A stretch of 64,000 nt of DNA, taken from contig SHZA01000001.1 of the NCBI GenBank assembly GCA_009692515.1, forward strand, positions 9,824-73,823, in the 5' to 3' direction. This stretch comes from Bdellovibrionales bacterium (lineage in GTDB: Bacteria > Bdellovibrionota > FAC87 > UBA2466). The translations under genes were made by a program, and so were the position numbers. Below, one piece after another: positions 37,991-48,230 of the stretch (positions are counted from its first letter, which is position 1; the number at the start of each line of letters is the position of its first letter). The notes under the pieces are model-generated. The model did no database searches. It worked only from the letters and a program-made list of their open reading frames with translations, and had not been told where the DNA came from.

Positions 37991-39337
37991 ATGAAGCGTC
38001 TAGGTATAGGTCTAATTATTACGTCATTAAATCTGTTTGCAGCTAATATTGCTATTATTGATAGTGGTATTGATTACAAGCACCAAGAACTAAAAAACAA
38101 CATGTGGACCAATTCTGCTTCTAAAACAGTAGATGCAGATGGAACTACTTATCAAGATGATACTCATGGTTGGAATTTTGCTGAAAGCAATAACCAAATA
38201 ATCGATTATAAATACCTGGGAACCTTTTCTTCCGATTGCACCAAAATTTTTGACGTCCAAGCAAAGATCCTTAAAGGCACTGCGACTGAAGAGGAGAAAA
38301 CTTGGTATACGGCCAAAAAGAATGATCCTGAATTTTTAAAGGAGCTTCAAAAATTTGGAAACTTTGTTCACGGAACTCATGTTTCTGGAATTTCTGCAAA
38401 CCAAGCAGCAAAGGCTGAACTTGTCGGAGTCAAACTAATTGCTACAGAACCTCCAGGGGCTGCTGAAGTGACTAAGTTTTTAGAGGACAACAAGGTTGAA
38501 AATTCCGATCTACGTGTAGACAATCCTATGGTTACCATGTTTTTAACCATGATGGCAGAACGGCAAGCCACTATGTTGACCACCACGGGAAAATACGTAG
38601 GAGCTGTGAAATCTGAAGTTGCTAATGGCTCTTTCGGAGTCAGTGCCACTGCAGTAAAGCCTATTGTTAAAAACTTAGTTAAACAAATTACAGGAGCCGA
38701 TCCTACTGAAGAGGAGCTAACGAGCTATACTAACTTTTTCGTGAATGAAATTGCGAAAGGTTGTTTAGCTTTTGTAGGCGCTGCACCCAATACTCTTTTC
38801 GTATTTGCTGCGGGCAATGATGGAACTAACAATGACATGATTCCTGCTTCACCGGCTAATGTGAAAACAGATAATACAATCACAGTCGCAGCTAGTAATG
38901 GGGTAGCCTCTTTAGCTATATTCTCCAACTACGGAGAAAAAATGGTTGAAGTAGCAGCACCCGGGGTTGCTATTCTTTCTACAGTTCCTGGTGATGCTCA
39001 TTTAGCTATGAGTGGAACAAGTATGGCAGCACCTTTCGTAACCAACGTAGCTGGACTCATTAAAGATGGTAACCGAAGTTTAACGCCTACCTCTATCAAG
39101 AAAGTTTTGATGGAAACTGTTGATGTTAAAGACTTTCTAAAGGGTAAGGTCACCACTTCTGGTATCGTCAATAAAGATCGTGCAGTGAAAGCGGCTGAAC
39201 TTTCCAATACCATGTCCTTGAAAGCAGCCATCACCATTGCAAAACGTTCGGTAGCTGATGAATCTGCTAATGTATGGAATACAAGAACAGTGTCTGAAAA
39301 AGATCTTCTTGTATTGCCACTACCTAGCCTATTCTAA
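37991..39337 (+). CDS. secreted subtilisin-like serine protease (peptidase S8)
   Basis: It has a signal peptide. The catalytic Asp is in AIIDSGIDYKH, the His in HGTHVSGI and the Ser in GTSMAAPFV. Confidence 0.8.
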   Translation: MKRLGIGLIITSLNLFAANIAIIDSGIDYKHQELKNNMWTNSASKTVDADGTTYQDDTHGWNFAESNNQIIDYKYLGTFSSDCTKIFDVQAKILKGTATEEEKTWYTAKKNDPEFLKELQKFGNFVHGTHVSGISANQAAKAELVGVKLIATEPPGAAEVTKFLEDNKVENSDLRVDNPMVTMFLTMMAERQATMLTTTGKYVGAVKSEVANGSFGVSATAVKPIVKNLVKQITGADPTEEELTSYTNFFVNEIAKGCLAFVGAAPNTLFVFAAGNDGTNNDMIPASPANVKTDNTITVAASNGVASLAIFSNYGEKMVEVAAPGVAILSTVPGDAHLAMSGTSMAAPFVTNVAGLIKDGNRSLTPTSIKKVLMETVDVKDFLKGKVTTSGIVNKDRAVKAAELSNTMSLKAAITIAKRSVADESANVWNTRTVSEKDLLVLPLPSLF

Positions 39338-39355
39338 ACACTAAAAATTCAAAAA

Positions 39356-39391
39356 CCCCTCTAGTCCGAGTGACTAGAGGGGTTTTTTTTG
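39356..39391 (+). terminator. rho-independent terminator after the S8 protease gene
   Basis: An 11-bp GC-rich stem CCCCTCTAGTC/GACTAGAGGGG with a 6-nt loop is followed by T8. Confidence 0.7.
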
Positions 39392-39479
39392 TCTTAAAAC
39401 TCACCAGAATCCTTTTCAACTTAAAAAAACGAGTTAATATAGCGAGGATATAATTTTTTAACAAAAGAAAATACACGCC

Positions 39480-40175
39480 ATGAATAAAATCGTTAAGGAT
39501 GCAGACGAAGCAATAAAAGACATTTTCGACGGAGCTGTCATAGCTCTCGGAGGATTTGGCCTCTGTGGAATTCCTGAAAATTGCATTGCAGCGCTTGTCA
39601 AAAAGAGGGTTAAAAACCTAACCTGTATTTCAAATAATGCTGGAGTTGACGAGTTTGGAATCGGACTTCTTTTACAGCAACGCCAGGTAAAAAAAATGAT
39701 CTCAAGTTATGTAGGAGAAAATAAACTTTTTGAACAATTAGTGCTATCGGGTGAATTAGAACTAGAATTAACTCCACAAGGAACACTAGCCGAGAAACTA
39801 CGAGCGGGTGGGGCTGGGATTCCAGCGTTTTTTACAGCTACCGGTTATGGAACCGAGATTGCGAAAGGAAAAGAGGTAAGGCAATACGATGGTAAAAATT
39901 ATATTCTAGAGCGATCTTTATTTGCCGACTTTGCGATGGTAAAGGCCTGGAAAGGTGATGCCATGGGGAATCTAGTCTTTAGAGGAACCGCTAGAAATTT
40001 CAATCCTAATGTAGCGACAGCTAGTTATAAGACTATTGCAGAGGTAGAACATCTAGTTCCTGTTGGAGAGATCGATCCCGATCAAGTTCACGTTCCCGGT
40101 ATTTATATTAAAAGAATTTTTCAGGGAAAAAACTACGAGAAGCGCATTGAAAAGCGCAAGACATCAGAAGGGTAA
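39480..40175 (+). CDS. scoA: 3-oxoacid CoA-transferase subunit A
   Basis: GGFGLCGIPE and the AtoD/ScoA fold are present. It is 231 aa. Confidence 0.9.
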   Translation: MNKIVKDADEAIKDIFDGAVIALGGFGLCGIPENCIAALVKKRVKNLTCISNNAGVDEFGIGLLLQQRQVKKMISSYVGENKLFEQLVLSGELELELTPQGTLAEKLRAGGAGIPAFFTATGYGTEIAKGKEVRQYDGKNYILERSLFADFAMVKAWKGDAMGNLVFRGTARNFNPNVATASYKTIAEVEHLVPVGEIDPDQVHVPGIYIKRIFQGKNYEKRIEKRKTSEG

Positions 40176-40180
40176 TCACC

Positions 40181-40837
40181 ATGTCACTAACTCGAGAACA
40201 GATAGCACAAAGAATTTCTCAGGAGCTGCAAGACGGTTTTTATGTCAATTTAGGAATCGGAATTCCTACACTTGTAGCAAACTACGTTCCCAAGGGCATC
40301 ACTGTAGTTTTACAAAGTGAAAATGGTTTACTCGGTGTCGGCCCCTACCCTAAAGAAAATCAGGTCGATGCCGACTACATCAATGCGGGAAAAGAAACGA
40401 TTACCACACTTCCAGGATCCTCTATTTTTTCTAGTGCGGAATCTTTCGCTATGATTCGTGGCGGTCATGTTGATTTAACGGTGATGGGCGCTATGGAGGT
40501 CGATGAATCGGGAAGCATCGCAAACTGGATCATTCCCGGAAAAATGGTTAAGGGCATGGGTGGAGCCATGGATTTAGTGGCTTGCGGAAGTCGTTTGATT
40601 ATAGCGATGCAACACGTTTCTAAAAATGGGGAGAGTAAAATTCTTCCTAAATGCAATTTACCACTCACAGGAGTGGCGGTAGTTAGTAAAATTGTGACTG
40701 AACTTGCTGTGATTGATGTGACTAAAGAGGGATTAGTCTTAAGAGAGCGGGCACCGGGAGTTTCTATCGAGGAGATTAAAATGGCTACTGCAGCCAGGCT
40801 TATTATCCCTAATGACGTATCAGAAATAAAAACCTAA
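40181..40837 (+). CDS. scoB: 3-oxoacid CoA-transferase subunit B
   Basis: LQSENGLLGVGP contains the catalytic Glu. It is 218 aa, with a 5-bp gap to the A subunit. Confidence 0.9.
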   Translation: MSLTREQIAQRISQELQDGFYVNLGIGIPTLVANYVPKGITVVLQSENGLLGVGPYPKENQVDADYINAGKETITTLPGSSIFSSAESFAMIRGGHVDLTVMGAMEVDESGSIANWIIPGKMVKGMGGAMDLVACGSRLIIAMQHVSKNGESKILPKCNLPLTGVAVVSKIVTELAVIDVTKEGLVLRERAPGVSIEEIKMATAARLIIPNDVSEIKT

Positions 40838-41899
40838 GCCCTTACCTTGAGGTAGGATCTCTTTCTTAAAGATTTCAGAGGCAATTATTTCATTACCTCT
40901 ACGATTATAATGCTGTCCATCGACATAAATAGTTTCTCTTACATTTTTAAAAATATCTTTCAAAGAAAACACCCTCAGTTTTGAGGACCTTAGTGCTTTT
41001 TCTTCTCCTGCTAAATAGGTTTTTCTAAAAGAATCTGCAAACGCTGAAAGCCTCATATTAGTTTCATTATTTCTAATCTCATCTTCTGTTAATATTTTTC
41101 CTGTTACGATCACCGGCTGGAAAAAGGTAGTAAACCTAATTCCTTTTGCTGCAGTGATCGATTGAATTTGCTCTTTCAAACTCACATACTGATCCCAAAG
41201 TTCCGGATGATAAACTCCCCGATTCATAGCCTCTCGGGCCTGAATCTTAGAACTAAAATAGGTATAGGTCTGACTAATAGTTAAAAGTTCTGCAAGAAAA
41301 CTTCTTTGTGAAGTTTCTGAATGAAGTCTCTGAAAAGCTAGTCTTGTGGGAGGGTCTAGAAAACCTCGACTCACCGGCTCCCAATTAGGTGCAATCCCCT
41401 GAGCGGTATCATTTAAACCATCGATTGAAATAATCCAATCAGGATTCATCTCAATTACCTTAAAAAAAACTAAAGCCGCCTCATGCCAAGATGCATACCA
41501 AGGAATGCCTGCATTGATCACACGAATATTTTTTGTTGTTTGTGACTTTAATTTTTCTCTTAAAAGAGCTGGAATGGTATCGACTTCATTAACTCCCCAA
41601 CCAAAAACGGTAGAGCCCCCGACAATTATAATGCGAAATTCATTCGCCGGTTTTTGAAAGGTAAATTCACTGTCTCTGAATCCGTGAAGATTGGTGGTGA
41701 CTGTCCATCCACCCATGTTTTCATTTAATTGTTTTTTAAGTCCAAATCCCAACATGGGTTCTTGATGGCTTAAAATCTTTTCTCCAAAAACCCCACTAGG
41801 ACGTTTAAGTTCTAAAAATCTGATCACTAAACGCCCTGCCCCCTCAGCCATAGTTAAGCAAATAACTGTGAGACCCATGATAATAAAAACTATTTTCAA
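40820..41899 (-). CDS. membrane-anchored SGNH/GDSL-like hydrolase (hypothetical)
   Basis: It has an N-terminal TM segment. IIIVGGSTVFGWG resembles a GDS(L)-type block I. The assignment is weak. Confidence 0.35.
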   Translation of the reverse strand: MKIVFIIMGLTVICLTMAEGAGRLVIRFLELKRPSGVFGEKILSHQEPMLGFGLKKQLNENMGGWTVTTNLHGFRDSEFTFQKPANEFRIIIVGGSTVFGWGVNEVDTIPALLREKLKSQTTKNIRVINAGIPWYASWHEAALVFFKVIEMNPDWIISIDGLNDTAQGIAPNWEPVSRGFLDPPTRLAFQRLHSETSQRSFLAELLTISQTYTYFSSKIQAREAMNRGVYHPELWDQYVSLKEQIQSITAAKGIRFTTFFQPVIVTGKILTEDEIRNNETNMRLSAFADSFRKTYLAGEEKALRSSKLRVFSLKDIFKNVRETIYVDGQHYNRRGNEIIASEIFKKEILPQGKGLGFYF

Positions 41900-42035
41900 T
41901 CTTTTAAAAATACAAGGTCTCCTAAAAAAAATGGGGGGCCATAACTCTTGATAATTATATCGGTTTTACGACCTTAGATCACGTTAGATTTCTTAATTTG
42001 ATCCTAATAGAGCTTATGGTATTGCCTTAAATGTC

Positions 42036-43712
42036 ATGGACAATATCTGGTTAAATCACTATCCAAGCTCAGTTAACCCCAATTTATCCCAATCTATTGA
42101 GCTTTCTATTCCTGAGTTTTTTGCAAAGGTCATCACCCCTTCTAATCACGACATAGCGCTTCACTGCATGGAACACGAAATATCCTACGCAGAACTCAGC
42201 AGATTAAGTGACCATTTTGCCAGTTTTTTACAAAATGATTTGGGATTAAAAAAAGGGGATCGACTCGGCTTAGTGTTACCTAATATTATTCAGTTTCCAG
42301 TCGTTTTTTTTGCAGCTCAAAAACTAGGGATCATCTGCGTAGCCACCAACCCACAGTATACTCCGCGCGAGCTCCTTCACCAATTCAAGGATAGCGGCGT
42401 AACGGCTATTGTTATTTTGAATCTCTTTCTTGGTAATCTAGATAAAATAATAAAACAAACCGCAATTAAAACTGTAATCTCAACAGAGGTTGGAGATTTC
42501 TTTCCATTTCTAAAATCTAAACTGGTCTCTTCTGTAATGAGATATCGAGGACAAACAACTCCTACTCATTCAATACCAATAACTAAATATCGTGATTGCT
42601 TGGCAAGAGGGGCTAAAACACCCTTCATTCCTCCACAAATTTCTGCAAGTGATATTGCAATTCTACAATATACTGGAGGGACTACCGGAGTCTCTAAAGG
42701 GGCTATTCTTACTCACAAAAATATAATCGGTAATATTTGTCAGGTTCGTAATTGGATCGATTACAAACTAGAAAATGGCAAAGAGGTTATTCTCACCGCC
42801 CTTCCCATGTTTCATATTTTTGGACTTACTATTAATAGCCTTGTTTTTTTATCTCGTGGCGACAAGCTAATCTTAGTTCCGAAACCAACTCCTATTGAAA
42901 ATACGGTTAAAGTTTTTAAAAACCATCCCGTATCGATCGTCTTAGGAGTTAATACCTTATTTAATGCCCTAAATAATAATACAAAATTTAAAATGTTAGC
43001 CCCTCGTAACATTAAATTTTCTCTAGCAGGTGGAATGGCTCTACAGGAGAGTGTGGCTACCGCCTGGGAGAAAATTACCGGGAACCGACTTCTCCAAGGC
43101 TTTGGACTCACTGAAACGGCCCCAGTCACCCACATCGTTCCCATGGAAGGGCATTGGCCTAAAGGAAGTATTGGGCTTCCGGTACCTCAAACTCAAATTA
43201 AAATTATTAATGAAAACAATGAATCCGTTGCCAATGGAGATACGGGAGAACTTTGTATTTCTGGCCCACAGGTTATGGCAGGCTACTGGAATAACCCCGA
43301 AGAGACAGCCCATGTTTTAGATAAAGGCTGGTTAAAAACTGGAGACATCGCGCGAATGGATGAAAACGGTTTCTTTTTTATCATCGATAGAAAAAAGGAC
43401 ATGATCCTGGTTTCTGGCTTCAATGTCTTTCCTAATGAAGTTGAGAATACTATTGCTGCACACCCTAAGGTTTTAGAGGTTGCTGTGATTGGAGTGCCTC
43501 ATAAAACAGCCGGAGAGGTCGTAAAGGCTTTTATTATAGCAAAAGATAGCTCTCTCACTCAAAGAGAACTAACTGTTTTTTGCCGAGAACAATTAGCCTC
43601 TTATAAGGTACCCAGAATTTTTGAGTTCCGAGATTCTCTTCCTAAAACAATAGTGGGTAAAATACTACGTCGCGAACTAAGGGATCTGAATTCTCCAATC
43701 CATCCCAACTAG
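42036..43712 (+). CDS. long-chain fatty acid–CoA ligase (AMP-binding family)
   Basis: The AMP-binding signature is LQYTGGTTGVSKGAILTHKN. GEL and the motif TGDIARMDENGFFFIIDRKKD are also present. Confidence 0.85.
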   Translation: MDNIWLNHYPSSVNPNLSQSIELSIPEFFAKVITPSNHDIALHCMEHEISYAELSRLSDHFASFLQNDLGLKKGDRLGLVLPNIIQFPVVFFAAQKLGIICVATNPQYTPRELLHQFKDSGVTAIVILNLFLGNLDKIIKQTAIKTVISTEVGDFFPFLKSKLVSSVMRYRGQTTPTHSIPITKYRDCLARGAKTPFIPPQISASDIAILQYTGGTTGVSKGAILTHKNIIGNICQVRNWIDYKLENGKEVILTALPMFHIFGLTINSLVFLSRGDKLILVPKPTPIENTVKVFKNHPVSIVLGVNTLFNALNNNTKFKMLAPRNIKFSLAGGMALQESVATAWEKITGNRLLQGFGLTETAPVTHIVPMEGHWPKGSIGLPVPQTQIKIINENNESVANGDTGELCISGPQVMAGYWNNPEETAHVLDKGWLKTGDIARMDENGFFFIIDRKKDMILVSGFNVFPNEVENTIAAHPKVLEVAVIGVPHKTAGEVVKAFIIAKDSSLTQRELTVFCREQLASYKVPRIFEFRDSLPKTIVGKILRRELRDLNSPIHPN

Positions 43713-43752
43713 ACTCCATTTTTTTGATAAACCTAATTTACCTTTTCATTTA

Positions 43753-44205
43753 TCAAGATTGCGCTTCTATGACTACCTTCGCGGCTATGGAATTTGCAAT
43801 AAAGCAATACTTATGAGCCTTAGCATGAAGTTCATTTATTTTTTCAAACGATACCGGCTCGGTAGAATCAAAAACTACCTTTGGATGCAAGGTAATCTGG
43901 GTTACACACATTTTACCTTCAGTATTTTTATCTAAAACCGCTACAGCCTGATCGGTATAGCTGATCACATTGAGTCGGCTTTTTGAAGCCACCGCTAGAA
44001 AGGTCAACATGTGACAGCTAGCAAGAGCGGATGCTAATAGTTCTTCCGGATTAACGAAACTAGCCTTACCTTGAAATTCTGGAGCTGAAGAGGCCTTACA
44101 ATTAATTCCTCCACCAAACTCTATTAGATGAGTTCTATCAAAAGTATCATAATCAAAATGAGGGGTTTCTCTTTTCCATGTGACACGGGCTTTATATTCT
44201 GACAT
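43753..44205 (-). CDS. OsmC/Ohr-family peroxiredoxin
   Basis: It is 150 aa. The two conserved Cys lie in LASALASCHMLTF and AHKYCFIANS. Confidence 0.75.
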   Translation of the reverse strand: MSEYKARVTWKRETPHFDYDTFDRTHLIEFGGGINCKASSAPEFQGKASFVNPEELLASALASCHMLTFLAVASKSRLNVISYTDQAVAVLDKNTEGKMCVTQITLHPKVVFDSTEPVSFEKINELHAKAHKYCFIANSIAAKVVIEAQS

Positions 44206-44223
44206 AGGTCTCTCTTCTTAAAA

Positions 44224-45225
44224 TTAAGATTCTAATTCTTCAGTTTCTTGTACACCCTGTTCATTTATCATGTTTTTATTTTTTATTTTTTTATCAACAT
44301 CGATAAGACTCAATACGTTCCTTTCGATATTATAACAAATATTTTTCAAAGGAAGGTGACTTAAATTTCTGGGGGAAAATGGATTTTGTAGTTCCGCTCC
44401 AATTTCATCTAAGTTAAATAAGGGATAGGCGGCCAGAACCACAACTAAAGGAGTGAGCCAGAAAACCTTATCAACTAATCCAAGCGGTAATAACATTAAA
44501 AACAAAAGAATAAATCTTCTTATGATAATAGCTAAAGAAAGAGGAATTGGAGTGTTTCTAATTCTTTCACAGGCTCCGATAGCATCAATTAATAGAGCTC
44601 TTTCTCTTTCGGCTCGCTGAAAGGCAAAGTTATCGAGTCCTTGACCTCTCAAATTATTTATTAGGCTAGCTATTTTGGCCCCCGCATAAGTGGGCATGTG
44701 CTGACTATTACGAATTTTTTCAGTTTCTTCGCTACCTAATAGATTAAGCACCTCAACCAACTCTTTTTCATTTCTTAAAGACTCTCGCATTACATGAGGC
44801 CATGCAGCTACCCAACTCAAAAATATAATTCCTTCAGTTTTAGTCACATTACTGTATTCGTAACCAATGATAGCTAAATTTCGACTCTGGTTAACAATAT
44901 TGCCCCACAATTTTCTGGCTTCCCACCAACGATCTAATCCAGCATTAATGCGGATCACTAAAAAAAGACCTAGAACAGCGCCTGAATATTCAAAGGGAGT
45001 GATTGAAATAGAAACTTCCGGATACAAATGAAACAGTAAAGAACATCCGAGTGAAAAAATAGCTGTCATAACAACTCTGAAGAAAACTTTAGGAGAGGCC
45101 GAGCCTGTAATAGCTATAGCCGTTCGTAAAAAACTTTTATTTTCACCTCTGTTAGTTAAATCGGCCCTAACCTCTTTTAAAGTATTCAGTGTAGTATCAG
45201 CGCTGATTTTATATTTTTTAGCCAT
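44224..45225 (-). CDS. bestrophin-like (UPF0187/YneE family) membrane channel protein
   Basis: It has 4 TMs. The conserved block RINAGLDRWWEARKLWGN recalls the bestrophin-family motif as I remember it. Confidence 0.5.
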   Translation of the reverse strand: MAKKYKISADTTLNTLKEVRADLTNRGENKSFLRTAIAITGSASPKVFFRVVMTAIFSLGCSLLFHLYPEVSISITPFEYSGAVLGLFLVIRINAGLDRWWEARKLWGNIVNQSRNLAIIGYEYSNVTKTEGIIFLSWVAAWPHVMRESLRNEKELVEVLNLLGSEETEKIRNSQHMPTYAGAKIASLINNLRGQGLDNFAFQRAERERALLIDAIGACERIRNTPIPLSLAIIIRRFILLFLMLLPLGLVDKVFWLTPLVVVLAAYPLFNLDEIGAELQNPFSPRNLSHLPLKNICYNIERNVLSLIDVDKKIKNKNMINEQGVQETEELES

Positions 45226-45234
45226 GGCTTTACG

Positions 45235-47301
45235 CTAACATAGTTTATGAGTTCTAAACACCCTTAAACTTTTTGCAAACTGGGGGTGATTAAGAATTCT
45301 TTCTTGAAAATCTTGGTGCGCAGATTCAGGAACATCAACAGGGAATTTAGTATGACTTTTTTTCCATCGTTCCAACCATTGAGATGATAGCAGAGAAAAA
45401 CTAAATACTTTTTCTAGTGCCAACTGAGAAAGTGCCACGGTAGTTTCCGATTTAGGTCCGGTACCTACACCACGGGCTACGAAAAATCCTGCACCTAGCA
45501 ATGCAGCTCTGACTGCGGTCGAACTAGAGTAGGTATAAAGTTCAATAGATTGATCCCGACATTTCTCATGAATATTTTGAAAACATTCTAAGCTCCAAAG
45601 AGATGTGTTGGTTTTAGCAGAATAGGGATCGAAATAAATAACATCTGGATTAGGAGCCGATTTCATGGTTTCAATGAAATCACCCTCTATTAATGTCCAC
45701 TGTAAAGAGGTCTTCTTAGAATTCCACTCTTTAAATTCCACTAAGGTGGAAGGCCCTGGATGCCGAATATGCGGTAATAAATTAGGATGTTTCAACGCTA
45801 GTTTCAAAGAGTCTAAGTTGTTTTCAAAACTAACAATATGCAAAGGCCTTAGCCTTTCTTTTCCACTGCTATGAAGCATTTCATAAGCGCGAATTGCTGC
45901 CATTGCGTTAGTGGCTCCGCCTAAACCGACATCCCAAACTCTGAGAGGTTCTTCTGAGTCTTCTCGAAGTTTAGAAATTAATTTAGACTGATTAATGTAG
46001 AGTGCCTCTGCCTCAGAAGAGGGATCATTCACCGAATGCATGACCTCCCCAGACGGATTATGTCGAATACTAAAACTACCCGAGGGATTTTCACAAATTT
46101 CATGATCATTTAAAATTCGAGAGATCACACGTTTACGCTTTGAAGGTACTGTGTTTTTAGGAGGCCGAAGGGGATCTGTCTGCACTAAAACTTTTCTTTG
46201 CCTTAAATAATACTCATAAAAAGTATTTTGCAAAATGTGTTCTCGCATCTCTTTCATTAAGGCGGAGTAAAAATATAAATTGTGCTGGCCTACTAATTGC
46301 CAACCCAAATTTTCTCTCACCTGAAAAAGATGATACAAATAAGCAAGCGAGTGTTTTTGACAAGTAGGGCAAGGGCATTCAGGGTCTAAACCCTCTTCGG
46401 CAAAACGATAAACACCTCTACGTAGGTCAAATTTTCCTTGAGAAGTATAGGCGACTCCCTGCTGAGCCATTGCGGTCGGCAAGATGCAATCAAACATATC
46501 GACACCCCGATGAACCGCCTCTAATAAATCGATAGGGGTGCCCACTCCCATCAGGTAACGAGGTAAGTTTTTAGGTAAGAGAGCTGCGGTGAATTCTGTT
46601 AAATCTTCCCGCTCGGATTTACCCTCTCCTACGGCCAGTCCGCCAATAGCAAAACCATCAAAAGGAATTTGCGTTAGAGTATCTGCGCTTTGGCGACGCA
46701 GGCCCTGAAAACAGGCCCCCTGTACGATGCCAAAAAGGGATTGGGGAGAGTCGCCTCTAGCCACTAAACTACGATGGGCCCATCGGTGGGTCAGTTCCAT
46801 CGCCAGCTTGGCCTCCTTTTCCTCTGCGGTAGAAGGAATACACTGGTCTAGTACCATCATAATATCTGAGCCGATGGCTTTTTGAGTTGCAATACTAATC
46901 TCAGGGCTTAGCACCTGAGTGCTATTATCGACATAACTTTTAAACCTTGCCCCCTCCTCGGTCATGAGTCGTGAATTTTCTAAAGAAAAAATTTGAAAGC
47001 CGCCCGAATCGGTCAAAACAGAATTGGGCCAGGACATAAACTTATGTATTCCCCCAAAATGCTTAAAGACCTCAGCTCCTGGACGCAACATCAGATGATA
47101 GGTATTAGCGAGTAAAATTGGAAATTTGAGTGTCTCTAAAGTTTCAGGCCGCTGGGCCCTAACCGTGGCATGAGTGCCTACCGGCATAAAAATTGGAGTC
47201 TGCACTTCATTATGCAACGTGCGAAATTCGGTGGCTCTAGCCTTAGAATTTTCAGTTTCAGCTAATAATTTAAACTTTAAACGGCTCATTAAGGCCCACA
47301 C
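45235..47301 (-). CDS. tgt: queuine tRNA-ribosyltransferase (Tgt) fused to a C-terminal MnmC-N/DUF752-like SAM-methyltransferase domain
   Basis: The N-terminal 370 aa are the TGT barrel (PIFMPVGTHATVRAQ, LLANTYHLMLRPG, DSGGFQ, and the Zn site CPCPTCQKHSLAYLYHL). The C-terminal 300 aa align with the E. coli MnmC N-terminal methyltransferase domain (VWDVGLGGATNAM to VAESGFGTGLNFL; YFDPYSAKTNTSLWSLECF to FLDGFAPAKNPDMWTQNLF). Confidence 0.75.
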   Translation of the reverse strand: MWALMSRLKFKLLAETENSKARATEFRTLHNEVQTPIFMPVGTHATVRAQRPETLETLKFPILLANTYHLMLRPGAEVFKHFGGIHKFMSWPNSVLTDSGGFQIFSLENSRLMTEEGARFKSYVDNSTQVLSPEISIATQKAIGSDIMMVLDQCIPSTAEEKEAKLAMELTHRWAHRSLVARGDSPQSLFGIVQGACFQGLRRQSADTLTQIPFDGFAIGGLAVGEGKSEREDLTEFTAALLPKNLPRYLMGVGTPIDLLEAVHRGVDMFDCILPTAMAQQGVAYTSQGKFDLRRGVYRFAEEGLDPECPCPTCQKHSLAYLYHLFQVRENLGWQLVGQHNLYFYSALMKEMREHILQNTFYEYYLRQRKVLVQTDPLRPPKNTVPSKRKRVISRILNDHEICENPSGSFSIRHNPSGEVMHSVNDPSSEAEALYINQSKLISKLREDSEEPLRVWDVGLGGATNAMAAIRAYEMLHSSGKERLRPLHIVSFENNLDSLKLALKHPNLLPHIRHPGPSTLVEFKEWNSKKTSLQWTLIEGDFIETMKSAPNPDVIYFDPYSAKTNTSLWSLECFQNIHEKCRDQSIELYTYSSSTAVRAALLGAGFFVARGVGTGPKSETTVALSQLALEKVFSFSLLSSQWLERWKKSHTKFPVDVPESAHQDFQERILNHPQFAKSLRVFRTHKLC

Positions 47302-47411
47302 CGTAGCCTGGACTAGCCTTTTGAGAAAGGAGATATTTCAGTTTTTTTCCACAAACTACCCCTCCAGACCTCATGGAGTAGCTTTCAAAGACTATCTATT
47401 CTGTATTTAGC

Positions 47412-48230
47412 CTAGATAAAAATTCGAATAAGTCCGGACAGAAAAAGTAAAATTCCAAATAAAACAACCAAGCAGGCTCCAGTAGGAAGGTCAAAAAAGT
47501 AGGATGCTGTTAATCCAAAGACGCTGGCTAAAAAACCTACACTCCAACCAATCGTCAGCCTACCTCGTATCGTTTTACTAAAAAGCATCCCAATCACAGA
47601 TGGAACCACTAAATAGGAAAATACTAAAAGAACACCGGCTACTTTAACCGAGCTCGTAATAACAAAACCAAAACTTGAGTAGAACAACATATCCCAAAGT
47701 TTTAAAGAATATTTTTTTCGTTTAGCCTCTTCAGGATTTAAAGAGATTAGCAGGAATTGCTTTCTAAACTTGAAATGAAAAATAGAGATCACGGAGTACA
47801 ATCCCAGGGTCATAAGCACCTCGGGCCAAGTGACCCAAAGAATATTTCCCACGAGCATATCTTTAATGTGCTCTGCCCCATGGCTAGATTTATCCATCAA
47901 AAGAATAATAGCGGCACTGCTAATCGCATAGGTGACACCAATAATGGCCTCCTGGGGAACCTTTCTTTTTTCCACATTTCTAGTCGTTGCAAAAACGGCG
48001 GCCCCTAAAAGCGTGAAGGCTAAACTCACAAAGTAGGTAGCTCCACCTTCATGGGGTAGGCCAAAAAGAAAGGCCACGGTAGCTCCTAAGGCTGCAATTT
48101 GGGCTAGAGCAAGATCTACAAAAATTACGCCCCTAGAAATGACATGAATACCTAGGTAAACATGAATACCGGTGAGAATAAGACAAATACAAAACGGAGC
48201 CATTAAGAATTGAATCACTTCCCATTTCAT
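47412..48230 (-). CDS. ABC-3 family metal (Zn/Mn) transporter permease, ZnuB-like
   Basis: It is 272 aa with 8 TMs and the ABC-3 fold. It overlaps the upstream SBP gene by 4 bp. Confidence 0.7.
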   Translation of the reverse strand: MKWEVIQFLMAPFCICLILTGIHVYLGIHVISRGVIFVDLALAQIAALGATVAFLFGLPHEGGATYFVSLAFTLLGAAVFATTRNVEKRKVPQEAIIGVTYAISSAAIILLMDKSSHGAEHIKDMLVGNILWVTWPEVLMTLGLYSVISIFHFKFRKQFLLISLNPEEAKRKKYSLKLWDMLFYSSFGFVITSSVKVAGVLLVFSYLVVPSVIGMLFSKTIRGRLTIGWSVGFLASVFGLTASYFFDLPTGACLVVLFGILLFLSGLIRIFI

